Below, one piece after another: positions 40,836-49,177 of a DNA stretch of 64,000 bases (position 1 is its first letter; each line of letters begins with the position of its first letter). This stretch comes from Escherichia phage CJ20. A program made the translations under genes and the position numbers. A model generated the notes under the pieces. The model made no database searches. It was not told the DNA's origin and saw nothing but the letters and a program-made list of their open reading frames with translations. The stretch lies in the sequence record MT533174.1. One strand, written 5' to 3'.

Positions 40836-41528
40836 ATGAACAGTCCAAAAACTTTTAATAGTCAAATGCGTGAAGTTGGTCAATTTGCTCAATATGTCAG
40901 TAATGACGAAATCAAAAATGAACCGATGTTCTTTAACTGCTATCCAGAATTTGCGCATAAGCATGGTGGCCCAATCACGCGCAGTTTTCTTGATAACCTA
41001 CCAAAAGAATGGACTGATGGTCCTGATAATTTGGTGTTTGACTCTCGCGTCCATATGTTGATGCCTGGTTGGTATCCTGCTATCCCTGGGTATCACCATG
41101 ATGATGTACCACGTCCAGATATTCCAGCAGGACAACATTTTATTACAGCAGGACAACCTGATTATGATAACCCTCGTTACCATTCTGAACACATCCTGGG
41201 TCTGGTTAACGCTTCTGTTTGCCCTACTAATTTTGCTCTGGGAACTTCAGAATTCAGTCAGATTCCTGATGGCGAACTTATCTATCGCCAGTGGCACCAG
41301 GAAGTTCTGGAAAAAATCAAGGCGGGTGAACTTTTAGTTCAAGAAGCTCCTGACCGCACATTATGTGAATTCAACTGGCAGACCTGGCATACTGGAACAA
41401 AAACAGTTAGTAACGGTTGGCGCTGGTTTGGTCGCGTATCTCGTAAAACAGACCGTGTTAATAAAGTTACCAATGAAATCCGCGTTAATGCTCAAGTATA
41501 TCTGGAATTCCCCATGGAGGGCTGGTAA
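40836..41528 (+). CDS. hypothetical protein, 230 aa
   Basis: ATG ORF (MNSPKTFNSQMREVGQFAQYVSNDEIKNEPMFFNCYPEF...); no family recognised. Confidence 0.7.
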   Translation: MNSPKTFNSQMREVGQFAQYVSNDEIKNEPMFFNCYPEFAHKHGGPITRSFLDNLPKEWTDGPDNLVFDSRVHMLMPGWYPAIPGYHHDDVPRPDIPAGQHFITAGQPDYDNPRYHSEHILGLVNASVCPTNFALGTSEFSQIPDGELIYRQWHQEVLEKIKAGELLVQEAPDRTLCEFNWQTWHTGTKTVSNGWRWFGRVSRKTDRVNKVTNEIRVNAQVYLEFPMEGW

Positions 41529-42115
41529 TGGCCCTTTATGAACCTGGGTGTATGGGTGTTGATGTAAACTTCATCCGTCGCCCAGAAAATGCAGGAATTA
41601 TTGTCTCAAGAGACGAATTTATGATTACCAAAAGATATTGGGCGGACCTTGATGATGGTGATGAAGGAATCAAGGTTGAAAACGTTGATTGGTCGCGATG
41701 CAATCGTCATGTGAAAGAGCTTTTAATTAAGGAATATAAAATGGGATATATTGTTAATGGGTATCAACCGGAACCACTCAAAGAACAGACACCCGACCCA
41801 TTAATTTCTTATAGCAAGAAATATGGATTTCGTACCTGGAAAGATGAATTTGATAAGTTAATTTGTTCCAGGTTTTATGTGTGGGCTGGAATCTTATTTT
41901 TACCAATCCTGTTGTTTTTCTTGACAGGTAAAAATGAAGCACCTGTGGCTGTAATGGGTGCGTGCATTTCTTCTGCTGCTGTTGGACTTATTGCATCATT
42001 TTTATGGACTATGGCTATTGAAGTACCTTTTCGTATTTCTAAAGTTAAAAAGGTATACGACGATATCGCTAAGAAAAATACATTAAATTCTTTTATTGAG
42101 GAATGCCGTAAATGA
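41528..42115 (+). CDS. membrane protein, 195 aa, two predicted TM helices, C-terminal ...LNSFIEECRK
   Basis: ATGA overlap with the previous gene; hydrophobic segments FYVWAGILFLPILLFFL and VAVMGACISSAAVGLIASFLWTMAI; the C-terminal tail matches the FIxEC family at 36425-37653. Confidence 0.65.
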   Translation: MALYEPGCMGVDVNFIRRPENAGIIVSRDEFMITKRYWADLDDGDEGIKVENVDWSRCNRHVKELLIKEYKMGYIVNGYQPEPLKEQTPDPLISYSKKYGFRTWKDEFDKLICSRFYVWAGILFLPILLFFLTGKNEAPVAVMGACISSAAVGLIASFLWTMAIEVPFRISKVKKVYDDIAKKNTLNSFIEECRK

Positions 42116-42348
42116 GTATTGCAATTTATATTAAATCTGAGTCGTGTGATTCTTATCTGTATTCCTATGACACCGGAACATCAGAAGAGAAAATCAAAGA
42201 AGATTTGGAAAGTGACTTGGATATGTTCCGGCCTATTTCCGATTATATGGTCCAAATATCTGATAGTGAAAGCCCATCAACAGAAACATGCGTTGAAATT
42301 ATTATGGCCGAAATCTTTAAAAAATCTTGGGAACGTGATGATGAGTAA
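42112..42348 (+). CDS. small acidic protein, 78 aa
   Basis: ATGA overlap with the previous gene (MSIAIYIKSESCDSYLYSYDTGTSEEKIKEDLESDLDMF...); preferred over the overlapping frame that forms the N-terminal extension of the nudE ORF. Confidence 0.55.
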   Translation: MSIAIYIKSESCDSYLYSYDTGTSEEKIKEDLESDLDMFRPISDYMVQISDSESPSTETCVEIIMAEIFKKSWERDDE

Positions 42349-42793
42349 GAAAGTGAAGGAATTATCTGCTGGCATTATTTTCATGACTGAAGATAAAGAG
42401 TTATTTATGGGGCGTGTGACTGGTTCTCGTAAACCAGGTATGCCTGCGCACAAATGGGACATCCCTAAGGGTCATGTTGAAGCTGGTGAATCCCCGATTG
42501 AAGCTGCTATCCGTGAAACCGAAGAAGAAACCGGGTTTACCCAATATGACCCGGCATTCTTAAAAGACCTGGGTGAGTTCCGTTATTCAGATAACAAAAA
42601 CCTTCACCTGTTTTTGTATACGGTTCCTGTCGAGCATGAACAATTCAGACATAGTAAATGCTCTGCCTATCATACCTTCCCGGATGGCAGTTCGGTCCCA
42701 GAGTTTGATGCGTTTGCTCTGATTAAACCGAGCCAATGGCAGTACGTGATGGGCAAATCGATGTACAAGGTACTGACTCAAATTTTCGGATAA
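42338..42793 (+). CDS. nudE: Nudix hydrolase, T4 NudE (e.1)-like
   Basis: 151 codons from the ATG at 42338 (MMSKKVKELSAGIIFMTEDKELFMGRV...); Nudix box GHVEAGESPIEAAIRETEEETG; same length and position (adjacent to e) as T4 NudE. Confidence 0.85.
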   Translation: MMSKKVKELSAGIIFMTEDKELFMGRVTGSRKPGMPAHKWDIPKGHVEAGESPIEAAIRETEEETGFTQYDPAFLKDLGEFRYSDNKNLHLFLYTVPVEHEQFRHSKCSAYHTFPDGSSVPEFDAFALIKPSQWQYVMGKSMYKVLTQIFG

Positions 42794-42796
42794 TAA

Positions 42797-42819
42797 ATAC
42801 CCCTATATAAGGGGGTATT
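42797..42819 (+). promoter_or_regulatory. stem-loop immediately 5' of the e start codon (possible RBS-occluding hairpin)
   Basis: TACCCC-tatataa-GGGGGTA hairpin ending 1 nt before TTATG; the G-run that should act as Shine-Dalgarno is within the 3' arm. Confidence 0.5.
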
Positions 42820-43311
42820 ATGAATATATTCGAAATGTTACGCATAGATGAAGGTTGTAAGTTGGATTTGTATAAAGATACTGAAGGCTATTGGACCATT
42901 GGTATCGGGCAACTGATAACTAAGAACCCATCAAAAGATGTTGCTCGTGCCGAGCTCGACAAGCTCATGGGTCGCGTCTGTAATGGTCGCATAACCCAGC
43001 ACGAAGCTGAAACATTGTTTAACCGTTCGGTCGAAAAAGCTAAAGCCGGAATCTTGAGACACCCTGTCTTAAAACCTGTTTATGATGTGCTAGATGAAGT
43101 TCGTCGTTGTGCACTCATTAATATGGTATTCCAGATGGGTGTTGCTGGTGTTGCTGGTTTTCCTAAGGGTATGCGATTGTTGAAGGCCAAATCGTGGGAA
43201 GCCGCCGCCAAGGAACTGGCCGACTCGAGATGGTATAAAGTCCAGACTCCGAACCGAGCCAAACGAGTTATAGAAACGTTCCGTACCGGAACTTTTAGCG
43301 CATACAAATAA
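42820..43311 (+). CDS. e: endolysin (lysozyme), T4 e-like
   Basis: 163-aa [37 protein letters not shown]... matching T4 lysozyme, with catalytic E11, D20 and T26 positions preserved. Confidence 0.95.
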   Translation: MNIFEMLRIDEGCKLDLYKDTEGYWTIGIGQLITKNPSKDVARAELDKLMGRVCNGRITQHEAETLFNRSVEKAKAGILRHPVLKPVYDVLDEVRRCALINMVFQMGVAGVAGFPKGMRLLKAKSWEAAAKELADSRWYKVQTPNRAKRVIETFRTGTFSAYK

Positions 43312-43319
43312 GGTAAAAT

Positions 43320-43622
43320 ATGAAAACGTATAAAGAATTTATCACCGAAGCGCGCGTAAGTGCAGGTAAATTAGAAGCCGCTGTAAATAAAAAGGCCCAT
43401 TCATTTCATGATTTACCAGATAAAGACCGTAAGAAACTTGTAAGCCTTTATATTGACAAAGAGCGTATTCTAGCTCTCCCTGGCGCTAACGAAGGTAAAC
43501 AGGCCAAGCCTTTGAATTCTGTCGAAAAGAAAATTGATAACTTTGCTTCTAAGTTCGGCATGTCTATGGATGACCTTCAGCAAGCGGCTATCGAAGCAGC
43601 TAAAGCAATTAAAGGTAAATAA
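43320..43622 (+). CDS. internal protein (ip)-like, N-terminus [10 protein letters not shown] (T4 ipIII/ipII position)
   Basis: 100-aa ORF beginning with the capsid-targeting sequence; lies between e and denV, where T4 carries ipIII and ipII. Confidence 0.75.
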   Translation: MKTYKEFITEARVSAGKLEAAVNKKAHSFHDLPDKDRKKLVSLYIDKERILALPGANEGKQAKPLNSVEKKIDNFASKFGMSMDDLQQAAIEAAKAIKGK

Positions 43623-43624
43623 CA

Positions 43625-43653
43625 GTTTACTTCCACGATACGTGTGATATAAT
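43625..43653 (+). promoter_or_regulatory. T4-type early promoter with stem-loop (PeSL-like cassette)
   Basis: -35 GTTTAC (43625-43630), 17-nt spacer, -10 TATAAT (43648-43653), followed by the inverted repeat GTTCTCCTacaaacatAGGAGAAC, which contains the RBS. Confidence 0.6.
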
Positions 43654-43681
43654 GTTCTCCTACAAACATAGGAGAACAAAC

Positions 43682-44098
43682 ATGACTCGCATTAATTTAA
43701 CCCTGGTATCTGAACTCGCTGACCAACATCTTATGGCTGAATATCGTGAACTTCCTCGCGTGTTTGGTGCTGTTCGTAAGCATGTGCAAAATGGTAAAAA
43801 GGTGTCTGACTTTAAAATCCCATCATCTTTTCTTTTAGGGACTGGTCATGTCACCTTCTTTTATGATAAGCTTTTGTTCCTTAAAAACCGGCATCAAGAA
43901 CTTATTGCGGAATGTTTAAAGCGAGGGTTTAACATAAAAGATATTTCTACCCAAGATTTAAATGATATTCCTGATGAATGGAAGAATGATTATCAACCAT
44001 CAATCTGGTCAATTGAAATCAGTCAAGCCAGACTGAATGAGAAAATTTCTCAAAAGCCTACCTGGTACAAATACTATGGGAAAGCTGTGTACGCTTAA
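43682..44098 (+). CDS. denV: endonuclease V (pyrimidine-dimer DNA glycosylase/AP lyase), T4 denV-like
   Basis: 138 codons from the ATG at 43682; [34 protein letters not shown]... is nearly identical to T4 DenV as I recall it; the ORF-track N-terminal extension is rejected. Confidence 0.93.
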   Translation: MTRINLTLVSELADQHLMAEYRELPRVFGAVRKHVQNGKKVSDFKIPSSFLLGTGHVTFFYDKLLFLKNRHQELIAECLKRGFNIKDISTQDLNDIPDEWKNDYQPSIWSIEISQARLNEKISQKPTWYKYYGKAVYA

Positions 44099-44146
44099 CT
44101 AAAAAGGTTGTATAATGATTTTATCAACCAAACAATGGAATATAAA

Positions 44147-44461
44147 ATGAAAACTTATCAAGAATTTATTACTGAATCTACCCAAAAACGTGTTGAAGGC
44201 GGTTATGTCTGGATTGAACAATTAACCCCACCAAGTGAAACGAGCACGGGTTCGTGGAAAATTACTGTTGATGGCCCTGGTGGAAAACGTAAGACTATTA
44301 AAGAAATTAAAGGCTATTATGATGAAGCCAAATCATGGGCTGGTAGTCATGTAATGCAGATTAAAATTGCAAACCCGGATAACGTTCATGCGGCAAAAGC
44401 ATTCCGTCGCATTGGTAATAAACTTTATGATGCGTTTTTGCGTGATTTCCCTAAAGAGTAA
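44147..44461 (+). CDS. internal protein (ip)-like, N-terminus MKTYQEFITE
   Basis: 104 codons from the ATG at 44147; canonical CTS N-terminus. Confidence 0.75.
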   Translation: MKTYQEFITESTQKRVEGGYVWIEQLTPPSETSTGSWKITVDGPGGKRKTIKEIKGYYDEAKSWAGSHVMQIKIANPDNVHAAKAFRRIGNKLYDAFLRDFPKE

Positions 44462-44474
44462 TTAAAGAGACATT

Positions 44475-44738
44475 ATGAAAACTTATCAAGAATTTATTAC
44501 TGAATCTGCTAAAGCTCCTACCGGTGCTTTTAAAGTCCGCGCCTTCGCTGGTGATGCTGAAGACTTTGGCACCATGAAGCGCAATGGTTATTCTTTCTTT
44601 GGTGGCGATGGTAAAGAAATTGTTACCTATGCAAAACGCCGCGAAATCGCATTCGTGGTTGCTGGTAAGAAAGTTGATGTTGACGATATTGAATGGGATT
44701 TTGATACCTTTGGTATTGTTTCTGGCGGTAAAGCATAA
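44475..44738 (+). CDS. internal protein (ip)-like, N-terminus MKTYQEFITE; paralog of the gene at 30412
   Basis: 87-aa ORF; CTS N-terminus; GDAEDF...NGYSF...IAFV...G shared with the ip-like gene at 30412. Confidence 0.75.
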   Translation: MKTYQEFITESAKAPTGAFKVRAFAGDAEDFGTMKRNGYSFFGGDGKEIVTYAKRREIAFVVAGKKVDVDDIEWDFDTFGIVSGGKA

Positions 44739-44740
44739 CT

Positions 44741-44768
44741 GTTTACTTTATGATGGGATAATTATACA
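44741..44768 (+). promoter_or_regulatory. T4-type early promoter with stem-loop (PeSL-like cassette)
   Basis: -35 GTTTAC (44741-44746), -10 TATACA (44763-44768), inverted repeat GGGATAattatacacTATCCC. Confidence 0.5.
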
Positions 44769-44794
44769 CTATCCCATCAACTTGGAGCGAATAA

Positions 44795-45094
44795 ATGAAA
44801 ACTTATCAAGAATTTATTACTGAAGCCAAAGCTCCTAAAGCATTTCAAATTGGGGTTCAGGGTAATTTAGACCAACAATATGTTGATGCTATTGTAGCAA
44901 GCCTCGGCAAGCAGGGTGTACAAGTGGATTTGGTTGATTTTACTAAAGGTAATACTTTTAATATTGTTACATCTAAAGGTTCTTTAGCTAAAGTTAAAAA
45001 GGCCTTTGGTGTAGCACAAGCATACGAAATCGACCATTCTGAATTAGAAAATAAAGGTCGCCAGAACACAATTAAAGGCTCTGGTTCTTTTTAA
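44795..45094 (+). CDS. internal protein (ip)-like, N-terminus MKTYQEFITE
   Basis: 99-aa ORF with the canonical CTS. Confidence 0.75.
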   Translation: MKTYQEFITEAKAPKAFQIGVQGNLDQQYVDAIVASLGKQGVQVDLVDFTKGNTFNIVTSKGSLAKVKKAFGVAQAYEIDHSELENKGRQNTIKGSGSF

Positions 45095-45256
45095 TAAAGG
45101 CAAACCGACCCTCTCCTCATGAACGTCGCGTCCTCTGAGTGATGGACCTTTCCCTACCTGTAATAAGGTCGAGCCCGAGTGCGGTAAGGGGTTTACATTC
45201 GGATACATGGATGAATTATGTGCCAAGGAACGGCCCCAACTTAAAAAGAGACAATT

Positions 45257-45802
45257 ATGAAAACGTTTTTAACCGGTAGTTATCTATCCCTGATGAATGC
45301 TTTTGCAAACCATTCTGATGCTAGAGTAGAGCACATTTGTAATAGTGGGTTTTATGTACCTGATTCACAAACCCTGTTTAAAGAATGCTGCACCCTAAAA
45401 CTTGATGGTGGACGCCAATCTGGTAAAACAAGGGCAGTATCCATTTTTGCGTCTGATTGGCTCGCAGGTGGTGGGACTGTAATTATTTTGTCTAATTGCG
45501 CCGCGTATGCTAATGTTTCGGCTACTGCAATCCGAAAGGAATATTTTAATAACCATACAGAAAGTATTAAGCACCGTTTGTACACTGATTCTGTTCGTAG
45601 TTTTATTGGTAACACTGCATGCAAATTCCGTGGATTATCACTTTCACGGGTTCTGTATATAATTGATGAGCCTGTTAAAACACCTGATATGGATAAGATT
45701 TATGATGCCCACATAAAGGTTGTGCATTATTGCTGTCGTGCATCATGTGAAGAAACCAATCAAACCACACGTCCTCTGTTCTTTGTGATAGGAATGCAAT
45801 GA
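45257..45802 (+). CDS. small P-loop NTPase, 181 aa
   Basis: ATG ORF with Walker A DGGRQSGKT and Walker B VLYIIDEP; preceded by a 160-nt GC-rich intergenic region. Confidence 0.7.
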   Translation: MKTFLTGSYLSLMNAFANHSDARVEHICNSGFYVPDSQTLFKECCTLKLDGGRQSGKTRAVSIFASDWLAGGGTVIILSNCAAYANVSATAIRKEYFNNHTESIKHRLYTDSVRSFIGNTACKFRGLSLSRVLYIIDEPVKTPDMDKIYDAHIKVVHYCCRASCEETNQTTRPLFFVIGMQ

Positions 45803-46095
45803 TGACTGATGAAGAACTTTTTGAGTTCTGTTATTTCTCACGTAAGGTCCGAAGAGAGGACCTTACTACAAATTTCGAATATGCTTATTTCTATCCGTTA
45901 GAATATGTATTCATGACAGGGCCCTTTAAGGGCTCTCGTTTTAGATGTCATGCACCAAGCATCCGATTAATGAAACAGGTTCCTTACTTTACTCTGGAAT
46001 TTATTTCTGGGCCGTGTAAGGGTATTATCACTCGCAGTCTCTTAACTTATGACCAAGAGATTCATATGATTTCTGACTGGAAAAAATATGTCTAA
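45799..46095 (+). CDS. hypothetical protein, 98 aa
   Basis: ATGA overlap with the previous gene (MMTDEELFEFCYFSRKVRREDL...). Confidence 0.55.
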   Translation: MMTDEELFEFCYFSRKVRREDLTTNFEYAYFYPLEYVFMTGPFKGSRFRCHAPSIRLMKQVPYFTLEFISGPCKGIITRSLLTYDQEIHMISDWKKYV

Positions 46096-46302
46096 ATTGA
46101 CAATTGAAGGCTCTGATGAAGCTCTGAAGATGTTTGTTGACTGGTTCCACGAACAGGGCGAACAAGGCTTTATGGAATGTTGGGATGGTGGGCAATGGAA
46201 CGGTAAAGAAATTGTTTATCCGAGCACATATATCTCTGTTCGTGGTGGATATGATGGCCTTCGTTTGGTAGAATATGATACTGCATCTGATGAGGAAGTA
46301 AA

Positions 46303-46306
<4 letters not shown>
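46088..46306 (+). CDS. small acidic protein, 72 aa
   Basis: ATG overlapping the previous stop (MSKLTIEGSDEALKMFVDWFHEQGEQGFMECWDGGQWNGKE...). Confidence 0.55.
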
Positions 46307-46885
<579 letters not shown>

Positions 46886-46886
<1 letters not shown>

Positions 46887-46915
46887 TGTACAAGCAGGTT
46901 GAAATGAGTTATGAT
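46886..46915 (+). promoter_or_regulatory. T4-type early promoter (PeSL-like cassette)
   Basis: -35 GTGTAC (46886-46891), 18-nt spacer, -10 TATGAT (46910-46915), then ...ATCCCATCAAACAAAAGGAGATAATCATG. Confidence 0.55.
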
Positions 46916-46942
46916 TATCCCATCAAACAAAAGGAGATAATC

Positions 46943-47401
46943 ATGACTACTATCGATTCAAGTGTTTACATTCGCCGCAATAAACTTCGTCGTATTTTTG
47001 AAACGGAGTTCCTCAAAATTAATAATGCTATCAACAAGGCTTGTAAAGAAGCAGGTCTTGAAGCATTCTTCATTAAGTACAGTCCGCACCTGTTGGACCG
47101 TGCAATCCAACGTGAAATTGACGAACAATATGTTTTTGACTTGTTTGGAAAAATCACACCACATGTAAAAGAAATCGTTGAATTCCTGGAGATGAAACCA
47201 CTCCCGGAAGTTGAAGCACAAATTGACCCGAGTGTGAACTACCGTCCACTTCGTCTGGAAATCACAGACAAGAACCTATGGTTAGGAATGACAGTTAACC
47301 CAGCTCTTCCTGGGAAGTCTCCAACCATGTGTTGTCGTATGGCGTTTGTTAACTCTAATCGTCTTGAAGGAAAAATTAGCACAAAAGTGATTTATATCTA
47401 A
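46943..47401 (+). CDS. regB: site-specific endoribonuclease, T4 RegB-like
   Basis: 152 codons from the ATG at 46943; MTTIDSSVYIRRNKLRRIFETEFLKINNAINKA...HLLDRAIQREIDEQYVF...LEITDKNLWLG... closely matches my recall of T4 RegB. Confidence 0.88.
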   Translation: MTTIDSSVYIRRNKLRRIFETEFLKINNAINKACKEAGLEAFFIKYSPHLLDRAIQREIDEQYVFDLFGKITPHVKEIVEFLEMKPLPEVEAQIDPSVNYRPLRLEITDKNLWLGMTVNPALPGKSPTMCCRMAFVNSNRLEGKISTKVIYI

Positions 47402-47411
47402 TGGGGAATTC

Positions 47412-47954
47412 ATGAAAAAAGTAATAGCCACTTTACTATTGACAGTTAGTATGTCTGCCCATAGCGTAGAGCCTACTTTCAGTAATGAACAAATGGAAAA
47501 TCTTCAATATGCTTATGCGTTTGGAGAACAGTTCCAGAAAAATGGTAAGTACAAAGAAAATCCGCACCAACATAATGGTTTGGGATATATCATGGCTGGT
47601 TTAACCTGGCAGGAATCATCTGCTGGTGTTAATACAGGATTAAATAAAGATAAGCATCATGCATATGGTATATTCCAAAATTATCTTCCAACCGTGCGTG
47701 AGCGCGTAAAACAGGTTGGGTGGACAATGACAGATAAAGAAATAATCAAGATGATAAGCAAGAGAGAGAACAGTGCACGCTGGGCTTATATTGAGCTTTC
47801 ATACTGGTTGAACATTCACAAGGGGGACATAAGAAAAACACTATCATCATATAACGCAGGGTGGAATGTGAAAGCTGGAAACACGTATGCTTCGCAAGTC
47901 CTAGAAAAAGCTAACTACTTAAAATCACGAGGCCTATTAAAAACGGTGGATTAA
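47412..47954 (+). CDS. secreted lytic transglycosylase (SLT-domain)-like protein, 180 aa
   Basis: N-terminal signal peptide MKKVIATLLLTVSMSAHS; SLT motifs in order: catalytic E-S (TWQESSAG), GIFQ (GLMQ-like) and SYNAG (AYNAG-like). Confidence 0.7.
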   Translation: MKKVIATLLLTVSMSAHSVEPTFSNEQMENLQYAYAFGEQFQKNGKYKENPHQHNGLGYIMAGLTWQESSAGVNTGLNKDKHHAYGIFQNYLPTVRERVKQVGWTMTDKEIIKMISKRENSARWAYIELSYWLNIHKGDIRKTLSSYNAGWNVKAGNTYASQVLEKANYLKSRGLLKTVD

Positions 47955-48314
47955 ATGGTAAGAGTCATAACTTTAGCCATAGGGTTAGTATTTAGCACGG
48001 GAGGAATAGCTTCAGTACAGAGCGATGATAATAATAGCATCATAGAATATGCAACGAGGACGGCCAAAGATTATTGCGCATCAAGCAATGTGGATTGTGT
48101 AATCCAGTTCAGTGCCAAACTCACTGCTGCCTATAAAGACGGTCAAAATGATGTTGAACACACTCTTATGAAAAAGAGTATTTTATCCAACAAATATGAA
48201 AAGAAACTATTTGAAATGGATTGTATTCTGTCGAGTGCCAAATATAAAGCGGCCTGTACCAGTATGGTTGACAGGTTAGTCGATTCCTATAACAGAGGAT
48301 TGAACTCTAAATGA
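47955..48314 (+). CDS. secreted/periplasmic Cys-containing protein, 119 aa
   Basis: ATG 1 nt after the previous stop; signal-peptide-like N-terminus MVRVITLAIGLVFSTGGIASVQS. Confidence 0.6.
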   Translation: MVRVITLAIGLVFSTGGIASVQSDDNNSIIEYATRTAKDYCASSNVDCVIQFSAKLTAAYKDGQNDVEHTLMKKSILSNKYEKKLFEMDCILSSAKYKAACTSMVDRLVDSYNRGLNSK

Positions 48315-48790
48315 TTGTTAACTATATTAAGGGCGATATAGTCGCCCTCTTTCTCGAAGGAAACATCATAGCTCATGGCTGTAATTGTTTCCATACAATG
48401 GGTTCAGGTGTCGCTGGCCAACTGACAAAGGCTTACCCAAAAATTTTAGAAATGGATAAGACATCAACTGAATACGGTTCCCGAGAAAAACTCGGTGATA
48501 TGTCTATCGTTTTTAAACATAAGCCAACTGGATTTGGTATGTGCTATAACCTTTATACCCAGTATGAACCGGGTCCAAATCTGGATTATGGCGCTTTAGT
48601 AAATTGCATGATAGAATTAAATCTACAAGCAGAATCACTTTTGTTCAAGCCTGTGATTTATATTCCCAGGATTGGATGTGGTATTGCAGGTGGTGATTGG
48701 GATAAGGTTTCCCGGTTAATTGATATGTTTACTCCTGATATTGATTTGGTGGTAGTTGATTATGAAAGCACATTATCCACATCCGTTTGA
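48311..48790 (+). CDS. macro domain protein (TARG1/OARD1-like ADP-ribose-binding or hydrolase fold), 159 aa
   Basis: Motifs in canonical macro-domain order: GDIVALFLEGNIIAHGCNC (cf. AHCISxDxxMGAGIA of TARG1), MGSGVAGQL (Gly-rich phosphate loop), IPRIGCGIAGGDWDKV (second loop). Confidence 0.7.
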   Translation: MIVNYIKGDIVALFLEGNIIAHGCNCFHTMGSGVAGQLTKAYPKILEMDKTSTEYGSREKLGDMSIVFKHKPTGFGMCYNLYTQYEPGPNLDYGALVNCMIELNLQAESLLFKPVIYIPRIGCGIAGGDWDKVSRLIDMFTPDIDLVVVDYESTLSTSV

Positions 48791-48974
48791 CCCTAAAAAC
48801 AAAGCTACAATTATTCGACACTGGTCCGAAACACGGGTAACCAAGTGTCCTATAAAAAGTCCTCACAATGTAGATAAGTGGTATATCGGCGAGTATGTTG
48901 AATATACTTTTATTGACAAAAACAAACGTAAACAGTATGTAGAAGAATACTGCTTAAAGGTACAATGGTTATGA
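48756..48974 (+). CDS. hypothetical protein, 72 aa
   Basis: ATG ORF overlapping the end of the macro-domain gene by about 35 nt (an alternative start at 48762 exists). Confidence 0.45.
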   Translation: MIMKAHYPHPFDPKNKATIIRHWSETRVTKCPIKSPHNVDKWYIGEYVEYTFIDKNKRKQYVEEYCLKVQWL

Positions 48975-49177
48975 GCCAAGCCCGAATTCTTAAAACGGCC
49001 AAATGTGAAAAATGTGAATGGCCAGTAATCGCAGCTTTATGCAACGATGAAATGAATTGCGAATTTGATTACCGGTGGTACTGTTCTAATAAAGGATGTT
49101 CTAATCATAAGGGTGAAGGTTTTCATTCTGGCGATTGCGAACATCCTAAATTTGTGCGATATGGGGAACCGAAATGA
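48965..49177 (+). CDS. Cys-rich small protein, 70 aa (possible zinc-binding)
   Basis: ATG ORF with 10 Cys residues (CEKCEWP...CNDEMNCEF...YCSNKGCSNHKGEGFHSGDCEH). Confidence 0.55.
   Translation: MVMSQARILKTAKCEKCEWPVIAALCNDEMNCEFDYRWYCSNKGCSNHKGEGFHSGDCEHPKFVRYGEPK

Noticed and set aside
42119-42337. Upstream part of the ORF-track ORF 42119-42793 (MQFILNLSRVILICIPMTPE...)
   Set aside because: Low-complexity, implausible sequence overlapping the better-supported acidic ORF 42112-42348; the Nudix protein begins at the ATG at 42338 and then has the T4 NudE length.
45044-45226. 60-aa minus-strand ORF in the GC-rich intergenic island
   Set aside because: Opposite strand to all neighbouring genes, no RBS, and located in a region better explained as non-coding.
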